Virus record (IMG/VR): IMGVR_UViG_3300005471_000012
Coordinates: 1-64,000 of that record
Strand: one strand, 5' to 3'
Length of the DNA: 64,000 bases
DNA from: a virus
Positions 18,725 to 27,401 of this stretch are shown one piece after another (the stretch's first letter is position 1; each line of letters begins with the position of its first letter). Under the pieces are notes generated by a model, which saw only the letters and a list, made by a program, of their open reading frames with translations, ran no database searches and was not told where the DNA came from. A program made the position numbers and the translations under genes.

Positions 18725-19171
18725 ACCGGCGAGCGTAAACTGAATCTGAACCTGAGACTCGGTCAATCCGGTATAGGAACATGGTGGAGGTTCGACCCCT
18801 CCCCGGGGCACGACGGCGGGAACGCCGCAAACCACCGGCCCCGGTAGCCCAATTGGAAGAGGCATCCCATTCCGGGCGAAACTTAGGCTCTCGCTCCAGA
18901 CTCGGTCCTGAAGCTCACCGCCAGATCCACTGGCCGCAGGCAAGTCCATGGAGAGGTTGCCGGTTCGAGTCCGGCCCGGGGAGCGCAGCACCAGCATCAC
19001 CCACAGTCCCCGGTAGCTCAACAGGCAGAGCAATCCGGCTAAGAAATGACTTGCGGTCTTAAACGCCGCTGGCAGCACGTTTCGTGTCTTTGAACAACAC
19101 GACACGGGCCCCTTGCACGGGGTTCATATCCCTTTACCGAGGGCCCGCGACTGGCTACGTCGCGGGCCCTC
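18725..19171 (+). ncRNA. structured RNA with two circularly permuted tRNA-like domains
   Basis: T-arms GGAGG-TTCGACC-CCTCC (18786-18802) and GCCGG-TTCGAGT-CCGGC (18959-18975). Each is followed by a 7-bp acceptor-like hairpin (CCGGGGC/GCCCCGG; CCGGGGA/TCCCCGG), then TA and a D-arm. Boundaries approximate. Confidence 0.85.
19139..19171 (+). terminator. 13-bp perfect hairpin, probable 3' end of the ncRNA
   Basis: GAGGGCCCGCGAC-tggctac-GTCGCGGGCCCTC. Confidence 0.65.
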
Positions 19172-19522
19172 CTGGGGTTTAACGGGGGTACGGCGTGAAC
19201 ATGGGCCTCAAGCCGGCGCCGATCGAGGCGGCCGGCGTCCCGGGCCGGGGCATCCGGCCGGGCACGGTGCACGAGATGATGCTCGACGTTCAGCGCGAAC
19301 GCGGCGACCCGGACGCGCCTGCCGCGGCCGACCCTGAGCACGACAGTAAGAACGCGCGGCCCGGAGAGGTTCCCCCCTCTTGACCGGGGCCGCGCCGGCT
19401 CCCCGTACCCCCGGCGTGGCATCCCCGGGCGCGCGTGCGGAGAGCCAGCAGCGGTCCTCGCCGCGCGGCAACGCGCGCAGCTCCCGCCGCGCGGCGGGGA
19501 CCGCCATCTGCCGTCCGGGCTG

Positions 19523-19993
19523 CTAATCCCCGCTCAGGAACCATTGCTGGTCCGGCCAGTGCACGGCTCCGAACCGGCGGCAGGGCCGCATCCGCATCGG
19601 CCCGCCGATCGTGCCGGGGATGGTCAGGCACCGCCCGGCCTGGCTGCGCAGTGCCCGGCTGGCGTAGCCGCGGCGCCGGATCCGGTCCCACCGCTGCCGT
19701 GCGCCGCCCCGGCAGGCCGTCGTCCGCGGGCCGCTGCGGCTCGCGGTCAGGCACAGCCCTGACGCCGACCTGATCGCGTGGCCTGCGATCGTCCACAGTT
19801 CGGCCTGGCTGGCCGGCTGGCCCGGCTGCGGGCACTGCGAGACCACCAGGCCGCCGCGAACGGGCGCTGAGGCGCAGATGCCGACGTCCGTGGACTGGAT
19901 CAGGTGCGGCCGGGGCGCAGCGGCTGCGATGCCCGGCGCTACGGCAACGGCTACGCTAGCGGCGGCGGCAGGCAGCCAGGCGGCATGTTTCAT
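19523..19993 (-). CDS. secreted ricin-B (beta-trefoil) lectin-like protein
   Basis: Signal peptide; repeated G.CL...C...(Q/E).W units (ELW, QRW, QQW); TAGCAT -10 element 6 nt before the ATG. Confidence 0.75.
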   Translation of the reverse strand: MKHAAWLPAAAASVAVAVAPGIAAAAPRPHLIQSTDVGICASAPVRGGLVVSQCPQPGQPASQAELWTIAGHAIRSASGLCLTASRSGPRTTACRGGARQRWDRIRRRGYASRALRSQAGRCLTIPGTIGGPMRMRPCRRFGAVHWPDQQWFLSGD

Positions 19994-20166
19994 GGCTGAA
20001 TGCTAAACCCCGAGACCGGGCCGCGGGCGTCAAAGCCGTCCTCCGGCTCCATGGCATCCGGCCGGCGGGAAGCCAAGGGAATTACGGGAGACCGGCCCCC
20101 TTTCGCCCGGTCGCATGCACCAGCCCTGCGCCCGCGGCCCGCCGCAAGCCCGACCGGAAGGCCACC

Positions 20167-20448
20167 GTGATCTCCCCGCACGAACTGCCGACCCACCAGG
20201 TCACCATTACCGGCGGGCAGGCCATCGGCCGCACCCTCGTCGCCATCGACGGCCACGAGATCCGCACCTGCACCAAGGCGACCCTGAATCTCACCGCCGA
20301 CACCGCGCCAGTTCTCGAACTGTCGCTGCTGGTGCTGAACGACCTGGACACCGGCCTGCCCGCCCTGGTGGTGCTCGACGGCCCGGCCCGGGCCGCGCTC
20401 CGGGCGATGGGCTGGACCCCGCCACCAGGCGAGACTGAGGAGGAATAG
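20167..20448 (+). CDS. hypothetical protein
   Basis: RBS GGAAGG; GC3 bias. Confidence 0.6.
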   Translation: MISPHELPTHQVTITGGQAIGRTLVAIDGHEIRTCTKATLNLTADTAPVLELSLLVLNDLDTGLPALVVLDGPARAALRAMGWTPPPGETEEE

Positions 20449-20751
20449 ATGGCTGCCATTACCGGCGACGGCGACTACGGCGGCGGGTGGATCAACGCCG
20501 TCGGCGCGGTTACGAGCGTGGCTGCGGGCGCGCCGGGAATCAGCACCTACACCTACCAGTGGCCGCCGGCTGCGGTCACGCAGCAACCGCCGATGCCGCT
20601 CGGCTGGAAATGCGCCGACTGCGGCACGGTCATGGCGCCGTGGATGCCGTCGCATAAATGCCCGGTGACGACAACGGCCACCGAGACGGCGACGGGAAAC
20701 GCGGCCACGCAAGTCTTGTACAAGACCGGCAGCGAAGGAGACGCTCCATGA
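20449..20751 (+). CDS. small protein with GW.C..C Zn-ribbon
   Basis: RBS GAGGAGG; GWKCADCGTVMAPW...C. Confidence 0.65.
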   Translation: MAAITGDGDYGGGWINAVGAVTSVAAGAPGISTYTYQWPPAAVTQQPPMPLGWKCADCGTVMAPWMPSHKCPVTTTATETATGNAATQVLYKTGSEGDAP

Positions 20752-21167
20752 ACCGCATCCGCAGCCTGTTCCCGCGAACGCACTGGACGACTTACGGCAA
20801 GGCCGGCGATGAACGGCGGCTGGTGATCTGGCGGCAGTGGCTCGGCTACGTCTGGGATGTCACCGACGTCAAGGTCGCATGACCCGGTTCCGCGCATTCG
20901 GCCGCGACCTGGCCCGGTTCGGCCGCATAGTCCTGCTCTGCGGCATAGCAGCCGTCCTGATCGTAATTCTTGAAACAATCCTGACCCACCTTTAACAGAT
21001 AGCCGGGAAACACGGGAATGGCGTGACGAGGCGGGGCTACCATCGGCCGGTGGTGAGCGCCCCCTTATGCCGGGGCGCTGGCCGGCGCCGGCGATCTGCG
21101 CCCGGGCAGCACGCCCCTGCTGCGGGCGGCTGGTCAGCGCCCGGCCAGCGCCCCGGTTTCCAGGACG

Positions 21168-21563
21168 TCAGTCCCAGGAACGGACTACCTCAACGTCGAT
21201 CGTGTTGCCCGGCACGCCGAGCGCCGCCGCCATCAGGTCGCGGACCGTGCTCGCGGCACCGTCCGGGTGGCGGATGGCGAGCGGCGACCCGAAACCCTCG
21301 ACGTGCAACTGCCAGGCGGGTCCTTCGCGTTTCTCCCGGTCTTCTACGAGGACCTGAAACCGCCACCGCAGCGCTACGGTCACCGGGTCCGCGTCAAGGA
21401 CGGTGGCCACCAGGTCCCGGGCCATGCGCGCCGCGTCGGCCGCGCCGGCGGACTGGGTGACGCCGATTCCGTCTACGTGCATCTCCCAGCCGCCTGACCA
21501 CCGTTCGGCGCGCACCTCGAAGACCCTGGCGCCTGCCCCGGCTGGTTCCCCCTCCGCGTCCAC
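21168..21563 (-). CDS. tandem HicB-like antitoxin-fold protein (orphan)
   Basis: FEVRAERWSGGWEMHVDGIGVTQS...AARMARDLVA, then a second similar unit (WQLHVEGFG...A..TVRDLMA). Confidence 0.65.
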   Translation of the reverse strand: MDAEGEPAGAGARVFEVRAERWSGGWEMHVDGIGVTQSAGAADAARMARDLVATVLDADPVTVALRWRFQVLVEDREKREGPAWQLHVEGFGSPLAIRHPDGAASTVRDLMAAALGVPGNTIDVEVVRSWD

Positions 21564-21588
21564 GCGCCGGAGCGTACAGGAGGGGATC

Positions 21589-21840
21589 TTGGCTGACCTG
21601 CCCGCCACGCCGGTACCCGCCGAAGACGCGATCGCCGCGCTGCGCGACCGGGTGGCCGCTGCCGGGCCGGCCGACACCCTGGTCATCCGGGTGCCGTGGG
21701 ATATTACCCCGGCGCAGTTCAGCGACTTCGGCGACTGGCTCAAAGCCGTCACCGACGACATGGGGATTACTAACCGGGTGCTGCTGCTGCCCGCCGAGCA
21801 GCTCGGCGTACTGGCCGGCGCCGAGGACGAAGGCCAGTAG
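21589..21840 (+). CDS. hypothetical protein
   Basis: RBS AGGAGG before TTG; GC3 bias. Confidence 0.5.
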   Translation: MADLPATPVPAEDAIAALRDRVAAAGPADTLVIRVPWDITPAQFSDFGDWLKAVTDDMGITNRVLLLPAEQLGVLAGAEDEGQ

Positions 21841-22287
21841 CTAGGCGTTTTTCTTCGGCCGGCCAGGGTTGGCATGCCGGCCGTCCCGCACCTGCACGTC
21901 AGCGGTTTCGCGCAGCACCTTGCAAACTAGCGAGTACGTGCGCCCGGTCTGCCCGGCGATGCCTGCGCGGGTCGCCCCGGGGGCCGCGGCGGCGGCGAGG
22001 ATGGCGGCGCGGGCGCGGCTGCGTTCCTGCTGCGCCAGCCGTCCTCGCTGGGTGCGGCTCGGCCGCCCGGACGCCCTGGCGGCGGCGCGGGCCATGGTCA
22101 TGCGCTCTGACCATCCGGGGTCACCGCCGTTGCATCCGGGTGCGCGCCGCGGTATCCCGTCACGCTTCATCCTGCGCTGGATCGTCTTCCCGGCGGCGCC
22201 GAGTCTGGCGCCGATCTGCCGGGTGGACATGCCCGCGTCGTACAGCCGGGCGACCTCGCCCATGTCGAGTGGCCTGAGTTTCCCCAT
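21841..22287 (-). CDS. HTH DNA-binding protein
   Basis: LYDAGMSTRQIGARLG...TIQRRM..GIPRR plus a second HTH-like segment; TATTTT 6 nt before the ATG. Confidence 0.7.
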   Translation of the reverse strand: MGKLRPLDMGEVARLYDAGMSTRQIGARLGAAGKTIQRRMKRDGIPRRAPGCNGGDPGWSERMTMARAAARASGRPSRTQRGRLAQQERSRARAAILAAAAAPGATRAGIAGQTGRTYSLVCKVLRETADVQVRDGRHANPGRPKKNA

Positions 22288-22335
22288 GCCCGGAAAATAC
22301 CAGATGCGACACGCCGCAGGACGGAAGGAAACCGC

Positions 22336-22605
22336 ATGTCCTTCAGCTTCACCGCTGTCGGCAGCCGCGACGAGGTCATCGAGCAGCTGGGCCACGTCAC
22401 GGAAGGCACGCACGGGACCGGCGCGCTCGGCCCGGAACTGGCCGCGCTGCTCGCGAAGCACCTGGCGGCCGATGAGGTCACCGCGCCTAGCCCGCGTTAC
22501 CGCATTGCCTACGTGGTCACCGCAAGCGGTCACAGCGGCGGCGGGAGCGCCACCAGCCTGACCGTCAGCCTGGCTTCGCACTACCTGCAGTGGTCGCGGG
22601 CCTGA
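22336..22605 (+). CDS. hypothetical protein
   Basis: RBS GGAAGGA; GC3 bias. Confidence 0.6.
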   Translation: MSFSFTAVGSRDEVIEQLGHVTEGTHGTGALGPELAALLAKHLAADEVTAPSPRYRIAYVVTASGHSGGGSATSLTVSLASHYLQWSRA

Positions 22606-22644
22606 CGCAGGCGCCTTAGCGCCGGCGGGGGAAGGTGGTCAGGC

Positions 22645-23148
22645 TTGGTGCTTCCCGGCGGCATTACGACGATCACCGTCACCGGGTCCTACCTGGACGC
22701 GCTCGGCAGCCCCGCCCAGGGCGTGGTCATGTTCACGCCAGGATCTGCGCTCACCGACCCGTCCGGCAAGGTCATCCTCGCAGGCACCCCGGTCCAGGCC
22801 CGGCTGTCCGCCGGCGCATTCAGCGTCGTCCTGCCGTGCACTGACAGCGCGGTGCTCAGCCCGTCGCCGTTCTACTACACCGTCACCGAAGCTGTCGCCG
22901 GGGTAGCGCAGGCCCCGTTCACCATCTCGCTGCCCTCGTCCCTCGGCTCCACGGTCGACATGTCCGCGCTGACCCCGGCCCCGGTGCTGCCGGCCCCCCT
23001 GTCCGGGCTGTACGTGATCAGCGTCGACGGCCAGTCGGGCGCGGTGAAAGTGACCCAGGTCAGCGGCGTCACCGTCACCGGCACCCCTGTGGCCGGGCAG
23101 GTGCTGAAAGCTACCTCGGCCACGACGGCCAGCTGGCAGAACCCGTGA
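22645..23148 (+). CDS. minor tail / virion protein
   Basis: TITVTGSYL...G.P..G.V.FTP...L..G.FSV.LP.TD...YTVTE motif of actinophage tail proteins; SVDGQSGAV. Confidence 0.65.
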   Translation: MVLPGGITTITVTGSYLDALGSPAQGVVMFTPGSALTDPSGKVILAGTPVQARLSAGAFSVVLPCTDSAVLSPSPFYYTVTEAVAGVAQAPFTISLPSSLGSTVDMSALTPAPVLPAPLSGLYVISVDGQSGAVKVTQVSGVTVTGTPVAGQVLKATSATTASWQNP

Positions 23149-23396
23149 CCGAACTAGACCTGCCGGGTCCGGAGTTCACTGACGCCGAGGCCCGGGAAGT
23201 GTGGGCCAGGTTCCGCGAGAACCGCTGCCAGCATTGCGGGGCAACCCATGCCAGGGCGTGCCCCCGGGTGAAACGCCTCGAATTCCATCAGAACGGCAAC
23301 CTGGCGTCCGTCGAGTTCTGGCCCGCCGGGAAATGGCCGGACGAACATGTCGTGTGGCCCGAAACACTGCCACCCGAACCCGGAGACACCCTTTGA
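23145..23396 (+). CDS. small Zn-binding protein
   Basis: CQHCG..H...CPRVKR.EF. Confidence 0.6.
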   Translation: MTELDLPGPEFTDAEAREVWARFRENRCQHCGATHARACPRVKRLEFHQNGNLASVEFWPAGKWPDEHVVWPETLPPEPGDTL

Positions 23397-23614
23397 ATGT
23401 GAAGGTTACGTCTAATCCGTCCGGCGCGCTCCCCGGCGAGGTGGTCGGCCGGCCGATCCGCCTGCCAGCCGTGCTGCTGTGCACGAACGGCGAGCGGTTC
23501 TGCGGGAAGACGTGGACAGCGAACAGCCAGTGGCAGCTGACCGCGGCCATGAAAGAACGCCGGGCTCACGAGCAGTCGTGCCGGGGCGGCCTGATCGTCG
23601 TAGGCAGTTCGTGA
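23393..23614 (+). CDS. hypothetical protein
   Basis: TTGA overlap with the upstream stop; C...C...H...C. Confidence 0.45.
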   Translation: MNVKVTSNPSGALPGEVVGRPIRLPAVLLCTNGERFCGKTWTANSQWQLTAAMKERRAHEQSCRGGLIVVGSS

Positions 23615-23995
23615 AACCAGGCAAGGACGGCCCGCCCGGGAACCTGGACGCGATCGGGGAACGGCTCGACCCCGGCGCGGCGGAACGGATGTGGAAGCTC
23701 CGCAACGACCTGCTGACGTCGCAAGCATGTGATCCTGGCGCGGTTAAGGCCGCAGAGCCGGACCTTCGGCAGGCCGCCGTTCAGGCTGCCCGTGAGCGTG
23801 GCCCGCGCCCCCGCCCGGAACCGCGGCGGTGGCGGAATCCGTCGTCCGGGATTCCGGTGACGGGCAGGAGTCGGGCCATGCGCAGCCGAGCGGGAATGCC
23901 GGGCACTGGCACGCAAGACGGTAATTCTCGTCCATAGGCGGACGGTAACGCCCGGCACCGACACCTGCGGCTAGTGCCCTGGCCCGCCCGTACGG

Positions 23996-24916
23996 TCAGG
24001 GCCGGGCCGCCTCGATGAAGGTCAGTAGCGGGTCAAGATCGTGTGCCCAGATGAGGCTCAGGCCATTATCCTGCGCGTACTTGAGGTTGGCGAGAGCAAA
24101 CACTCCGGAGAGTACCGCAGCCGGTACGACATTTGCCGAGCCGAACTCCCGGCGCCACGAAACGGCCTTGACGGCCGCATCGTTGTTGATGCGCTTATAG
24201 CTATTGGTAGTGCTATTGGACACTTTGCACTCGATCGGCATGAGTCGACCGTCCTGTAGGCGCACGGAGATGTCTGCCTTCCGAGTTCCAACGTCACATT
24301 CCCCGCAGAACTCGCCCGGGCCCGGCGCCATGCTGATATTAGTGATCGGCCGGCGCGGCACCTCGGTGAAGCTGCATTGTTCAACGAGGTAAGTCTTGAC
24401 CTGCTGCTCCTGGCTCGTCTTGCCTTCCTGGCGCCGCCACGTCTCGACCTTCCGGAACGCCAGCATTGCCGCAGTGGATACCGCGGCTGTGCCGCGCTCC
24501 GCCTCAGTCGCCTCCCGGTGCTCGCTGAGCCAGGGGAACCGCTCCCGGTCAAGCCCGAGCAGAATCGTGTCCATCAGTCGGCCGGCACGCGCCGGGTCGG
24601 CCCGAATTAGCGTTGGGGCAAGCGTGACCCCGGCGACTGTTTCAAGGTCATCCGTGCTGATCGGCGGCGAGGCGATGTACCTGGCTGCGTCTACTAGCTG
24701 GTCGTCAGCGAGGAGTTCGACAGCCATCTCGCGGACCCGGAGCAGGTCGCCGGTCATCTCAAGGACTGCGTCGATGGCGACCCTGGCAGCCTGGAAATAG
24801 GTCAGATACCGTTCGAGGGGTTCGCCGACGCGCTCATGCCTGAACGCGGCGATGCTCGCCTGACGCGCATCCTCCAGGTGCTCAACGTCCCACTCGGGCG
24901 GGACTGCCTGCGTCAT
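23996..24916 (-). CDS. XamI-family type II restriction endonuclease
   Basis: RKAD...DGR.MPIECKVSNS..NSYKRINNDAAVKA..W...FG...PAAVLSGVF: PD-(D/E)xK signature of the XamI family; adjacent to an MTase. Confidence 0.9.
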   Translation of the reverse strand: MTQAVPPEWDVEHLEDARQASIAAFRHERVGEPLERYLTYFQAARVAIDAVLEMTGDLLRVREMAVELLADDQLVDAARYIASPPISTDDLETVAGVTLAPTLIRADPARAGRLMDTILLGLDRERFPWLSEHREATEAERGTAAVSTAAMLAFRKVETWRRQEGKTSQEQQVKTYLVEQCSFTEVPRRPITNISMAPGPGEFCGECDVGTRKADISVRLQDGRLMPIECKVSNSTTNSYKRINNDAAVKAVSWRREFGSANVVPAAVLSGVFALANLKYAQDNGLSLIWAHDLDPLLTFIEAARP

Positions 24917-26510
24917 CGCGCAGAAGTACCTCCGGGCTCGGGACCGGCAGCCGCTCCATCTCGCGCGGCTCGAACTTGGTCAGGCCGCCAGCATAGGTGC
25001 GGCCCTGCCCGGCGCGGACGGAGACGCGCAAATACGCCAAGAGATCGTCTAGTACATCGTCGGCCAGGGGCTGCCGCGGGTAAAGGCCGTGGGCGATATT
25101 GATATGCCGGGCATTGACCACGTTCCGCACGAATGCTGGCGGCCGACGTGCCATGTACGTTGCCAGCACAGGAGCTGGACGCCTTAGCCCCACCCTCCAC
25201 CATGGCCGGCGGGTTCGGGCAATATACCCGTCCGCAGCGCCGGCCCTCCGCGCCTGCGCCAGGAATCTCTCGACTAGTTTCCGCTCCCCGGCCAGAAGCT
25301 CGTCAAGATCCTCTGGCAGGTCGATGACCAGCCGCAATGCCGTCGCGTCCGCAAGAGCAGGCCCCGCATTGAACAATTCAAGGGACCGCGTCACTGACGG
25401 GAACAGGACGCTGACGGGCAGGTCCGTGGCGCCAGCCCGCGTGATCCAAACCGAGTTCGCGCCAGTGACCTGGCCACGGTGAACGCGGCATAGCTCACCG
25501 AGTTCCACGTAGCCTTCGGCGAGCTTCGGCGTTCCTCTTACCAGAGGCCCCCAGCGGCCCGCTTCGCTGAGCGTTGCCCTGGAAACCCTCCGGCCGCCTG
25601 ACAATGCCCCCAGGTCCTGGACCCGCCTGACTTGGCGTAGCCGCATCGAGGTCGGCTGGCGCCCCAGGTGGAAGCATGACACTGCGGTCGTTGTCACAGC
25701 GTCCGCAAATGCCGCGGTTGTGGGGTCTAGGACGTGAACCGAATGGCCGCCCAGGCCATCCAGTAGCAACGCTCGTACTAGCCGGCCATAGTTCACGTCC
25801 ATCCATTCAGCTGACGTGACGAACGTCCCGAAGTCACCAGGCTTGCCGTGGCTTGCCGTGGCGAGGAAGAAGTGAACGTGCAGGCCAGCCAGCTGGCTGG
25901 CGGCAAGGCCGTGCTGGCGGGCCGTGTCTACTAGCCATTTCTTCCACTCGCCGGCGATCTGGTGATGGCGTACGTACGGCGGGTTGCCCACGTAGAGGGT
26001 CCGGCCGCATATCGGATCCGGACTCAATGCCCGGTAGTCGGTTACGGTCACGAGTGATCGGTCACCTGCTCCGGTGGCCGCCAGGTTGGCCCTAGCCGTG
26101 ATAGTCGCTACCGGATCAATGTCGACGCCGACCAGGTTAGCCCGGGGCCAGCGCCGGCCGGCCGCCATGAGGAATCGGCCTGAGCCAACGCCCGGGTCGA
26201 TCACTCGTGCCGGCTCCTCCTGGGCCTCGGCCCACTGAATCATGCTCGCGACGATGAGGGGCGGCGTGTAGGTCTGACCGAGCGGTCGGCGTTCCTCTGC
26301 GCCGCGGATCGCACAGAAGGCATCGCCGAGCGGGTCCTGGCCCGCGCGTATGCGTTCGCGCAGCTCAGCGATGTTGAGCGCGTACTTAGGCACGTCGCTC
26401 AGAAGCCGGCGCTCGTCGCCTGACCAGCCTGGCACCTCTCCTGCGCCGAGTTGCAGGGCCGCGCTGAGCAGCGTCGGCAAGTCGTTGAGCGAAGTCGTCG
26501 CGCCGCTCAC
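24882..26510 (-). CDS. N6-adenine DNA methyltransferase (gamma class), cognate of the REase
   Basis: GQTYTP, motif I IDPGVGSGRFL, motif IV GNPPYVR. GTG start overlaps the upstream stop. Confidence 0.92.
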   Translation of the reverse strand: MSGATTSLNDLPTLLSAALQLGAGEVPGWSGDERRLLSDVPKYALNIAELRERIRAGQDPLGDAFCAIRGAEERRPLGQTYTPPLIVASMIQWAEAQEEPARVIDPGVGSGRFLMAAGRRWPRANLVGVDIDPVATITARANLAATGAGDRSLVTVTDYRALSPDPICGRTLYVGNPPYVRHHQIAGEWKKWLVDTARQHGLAASQLAGLHVHFFLATASHGKPGDFGTFVTSAEWMDVNYGRLVRALLLDGLGGHSVHVLDPTTAAFADAVTTTAVSCFHLGRQPTSMRLRQVRRVQDLGALSGGRRVSRATLSEAGRWGPLVRGTPKLAEGYVELGELCRVHRGQVTGANSVWITRAGATDLPVSVLFPSVTRSLELFNAGPALADATALRLVIDLPEDLDELLAGERKLVERFLAQARRAGAADGYIARTRRPWWRVGLRRPAPVLATYMARRPPAFVRNVVNARHINIAHGLYPRQPLADDVLDDLLAYLRVSVRAGQGRTYAGGLTKFEPREMERLPVPSPEVLLRDDAGSPARVGR

Positions 26511-27271
26511 GGCGCCTCCGCTGCAGGTTCGGCCTGGTCGTGAGGCTTCCGCCCGGGCGGCAGGTCCACGCTGACGTACTCGACCGGCTCCCGGAGGCTG
26601 CGGTAGATGCGGCCGCAGCGCAGCTGAACGTACCCGGGAGCGCCGAGCCGGTTGAGTTTCACCCAGGCAACCGACTTCAGCTTCCCGGCCGCCGCCGCAA
26701 TGTCGTCGAGCGCCACGAGGCCCTCCGGCGCCGGGCGCCAGTCCGCCAGCCCGAGCTCGGCCAGGTAGGCGTCCTTCTCGCCGCGCAGGTAGGCGACGCC
26801 GTCGGAGAACCACCAGATGCGGGTCGTCCCGTTGCTGACAAGGGCCGGAAGCGGCGCCCCGGCGCTCCGCATCCGGTGCCAGGTCGCCGCCTTCTTCAGC
26901 CCGGCCGCGTGAGCTAGCTCGCCGATGCTGGCCAGCCGCGTCGATGCCGCGCCGATCGCGGCCGTCACCTCGGCGAGGCACGCCTCGGCGTCGGGCCGCC
27001 AGCGCGGAATCCCGGCAGCCCATTCGCCGGCCTCGAGATCGAAGACCCAGACATGCCAGCCGTCCCGATCGCCGCCGTACCGCGCGGGCCCGAACGCGAT
27101 CCGCGCCTGGCGGGCTGCCCAGATCCAGCAGTCCGCTCCTCCAGGGCCCGGCTCCCGGGTCACGTGCCGGATGTCAAGGCCGGCGGCACCGATCGAGCCA
27201 AGGCCGATCGCCCCGCTGCCGGGGCTGGCCAGCTTGCTGCGCCGTGTCATCGTCTCGCCGCCTCCCGTCAT
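26507..27271 (-). CDS. protein with two HTH-like repeats, possible regulator of the RM operon
   Basis: RBS AAGGAGG; LASIGELAHAAG...W..M...GAP and LVALDDIAAAAG...W.KL...GAP. Confidence 0.6.
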   Translation of the reverse strand: MTGGGETMTRRSKLASPGSGAIGLGSIGAAGLDIRHVTREPGPGGADCWIWAARQARIAFGPARYGGDRDGWHVWVFDLEAGEWAAGIPRWRPDAEACLAEVTAAIGAASTRLASIGELAHAAGLKKAATWHRMRSAGAPLPALVSNGTTRIWWFSDGVAYLRGEKDAYLAELGLADWRPAPEGLVALDDIAAAAGKLKSVAWVKLNRLGAPGYVQLRCGRIYRSLREPVEYVSVDLPPGRKPHDQAEPAAEAP

Positions 27272-27349
27272 CGCGCCGCCGCCCTCCTTGATCACGATAT
27301 GCCATCGGGTTAATGGCGTCGGGGCCGACCCGGACGCGCCGCTACGCCG

Positions 27350-27378
27350 ATGATACGCGATTCTGATAACGCTGTCTA
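27350..27378 (-). promoter_or_regulatory. sigma70-type promoter (repeated family)
   Basis: TAGACA-N17-TATCAT on the minus strand. Confidence 0.75.
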
Positions 27379-27401
27379 GTATCCTCCGAGGAGGTGCCGC
27401 C

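Noticed and set aside
18838-18983. Conventional tRNA with an intron or long insertion (5' half of unit 1 joined to the T-arm of unit 2)
   Set aside because: Gives a G1:A72 mismatch, no anticodon arm and no adjacent CCA, and leaves two orphan halves. The permuted pairing gives two perfect 7-bp stems.
18656-19105. Protein-coding ORFs over the ncRNA (18656-18847, 18781-19062, 18641-19105)
   Set aside because: No RBS or codon bias; the sequence is better explained by RNA structure.
26511-27023. N-terminal extension of the MTase (713-aa ORF call)
   Set aside because: Arg/Gly-rich shadow of the upstream gene; the GTG at 26510 overlapping that gene's stop is a better start.
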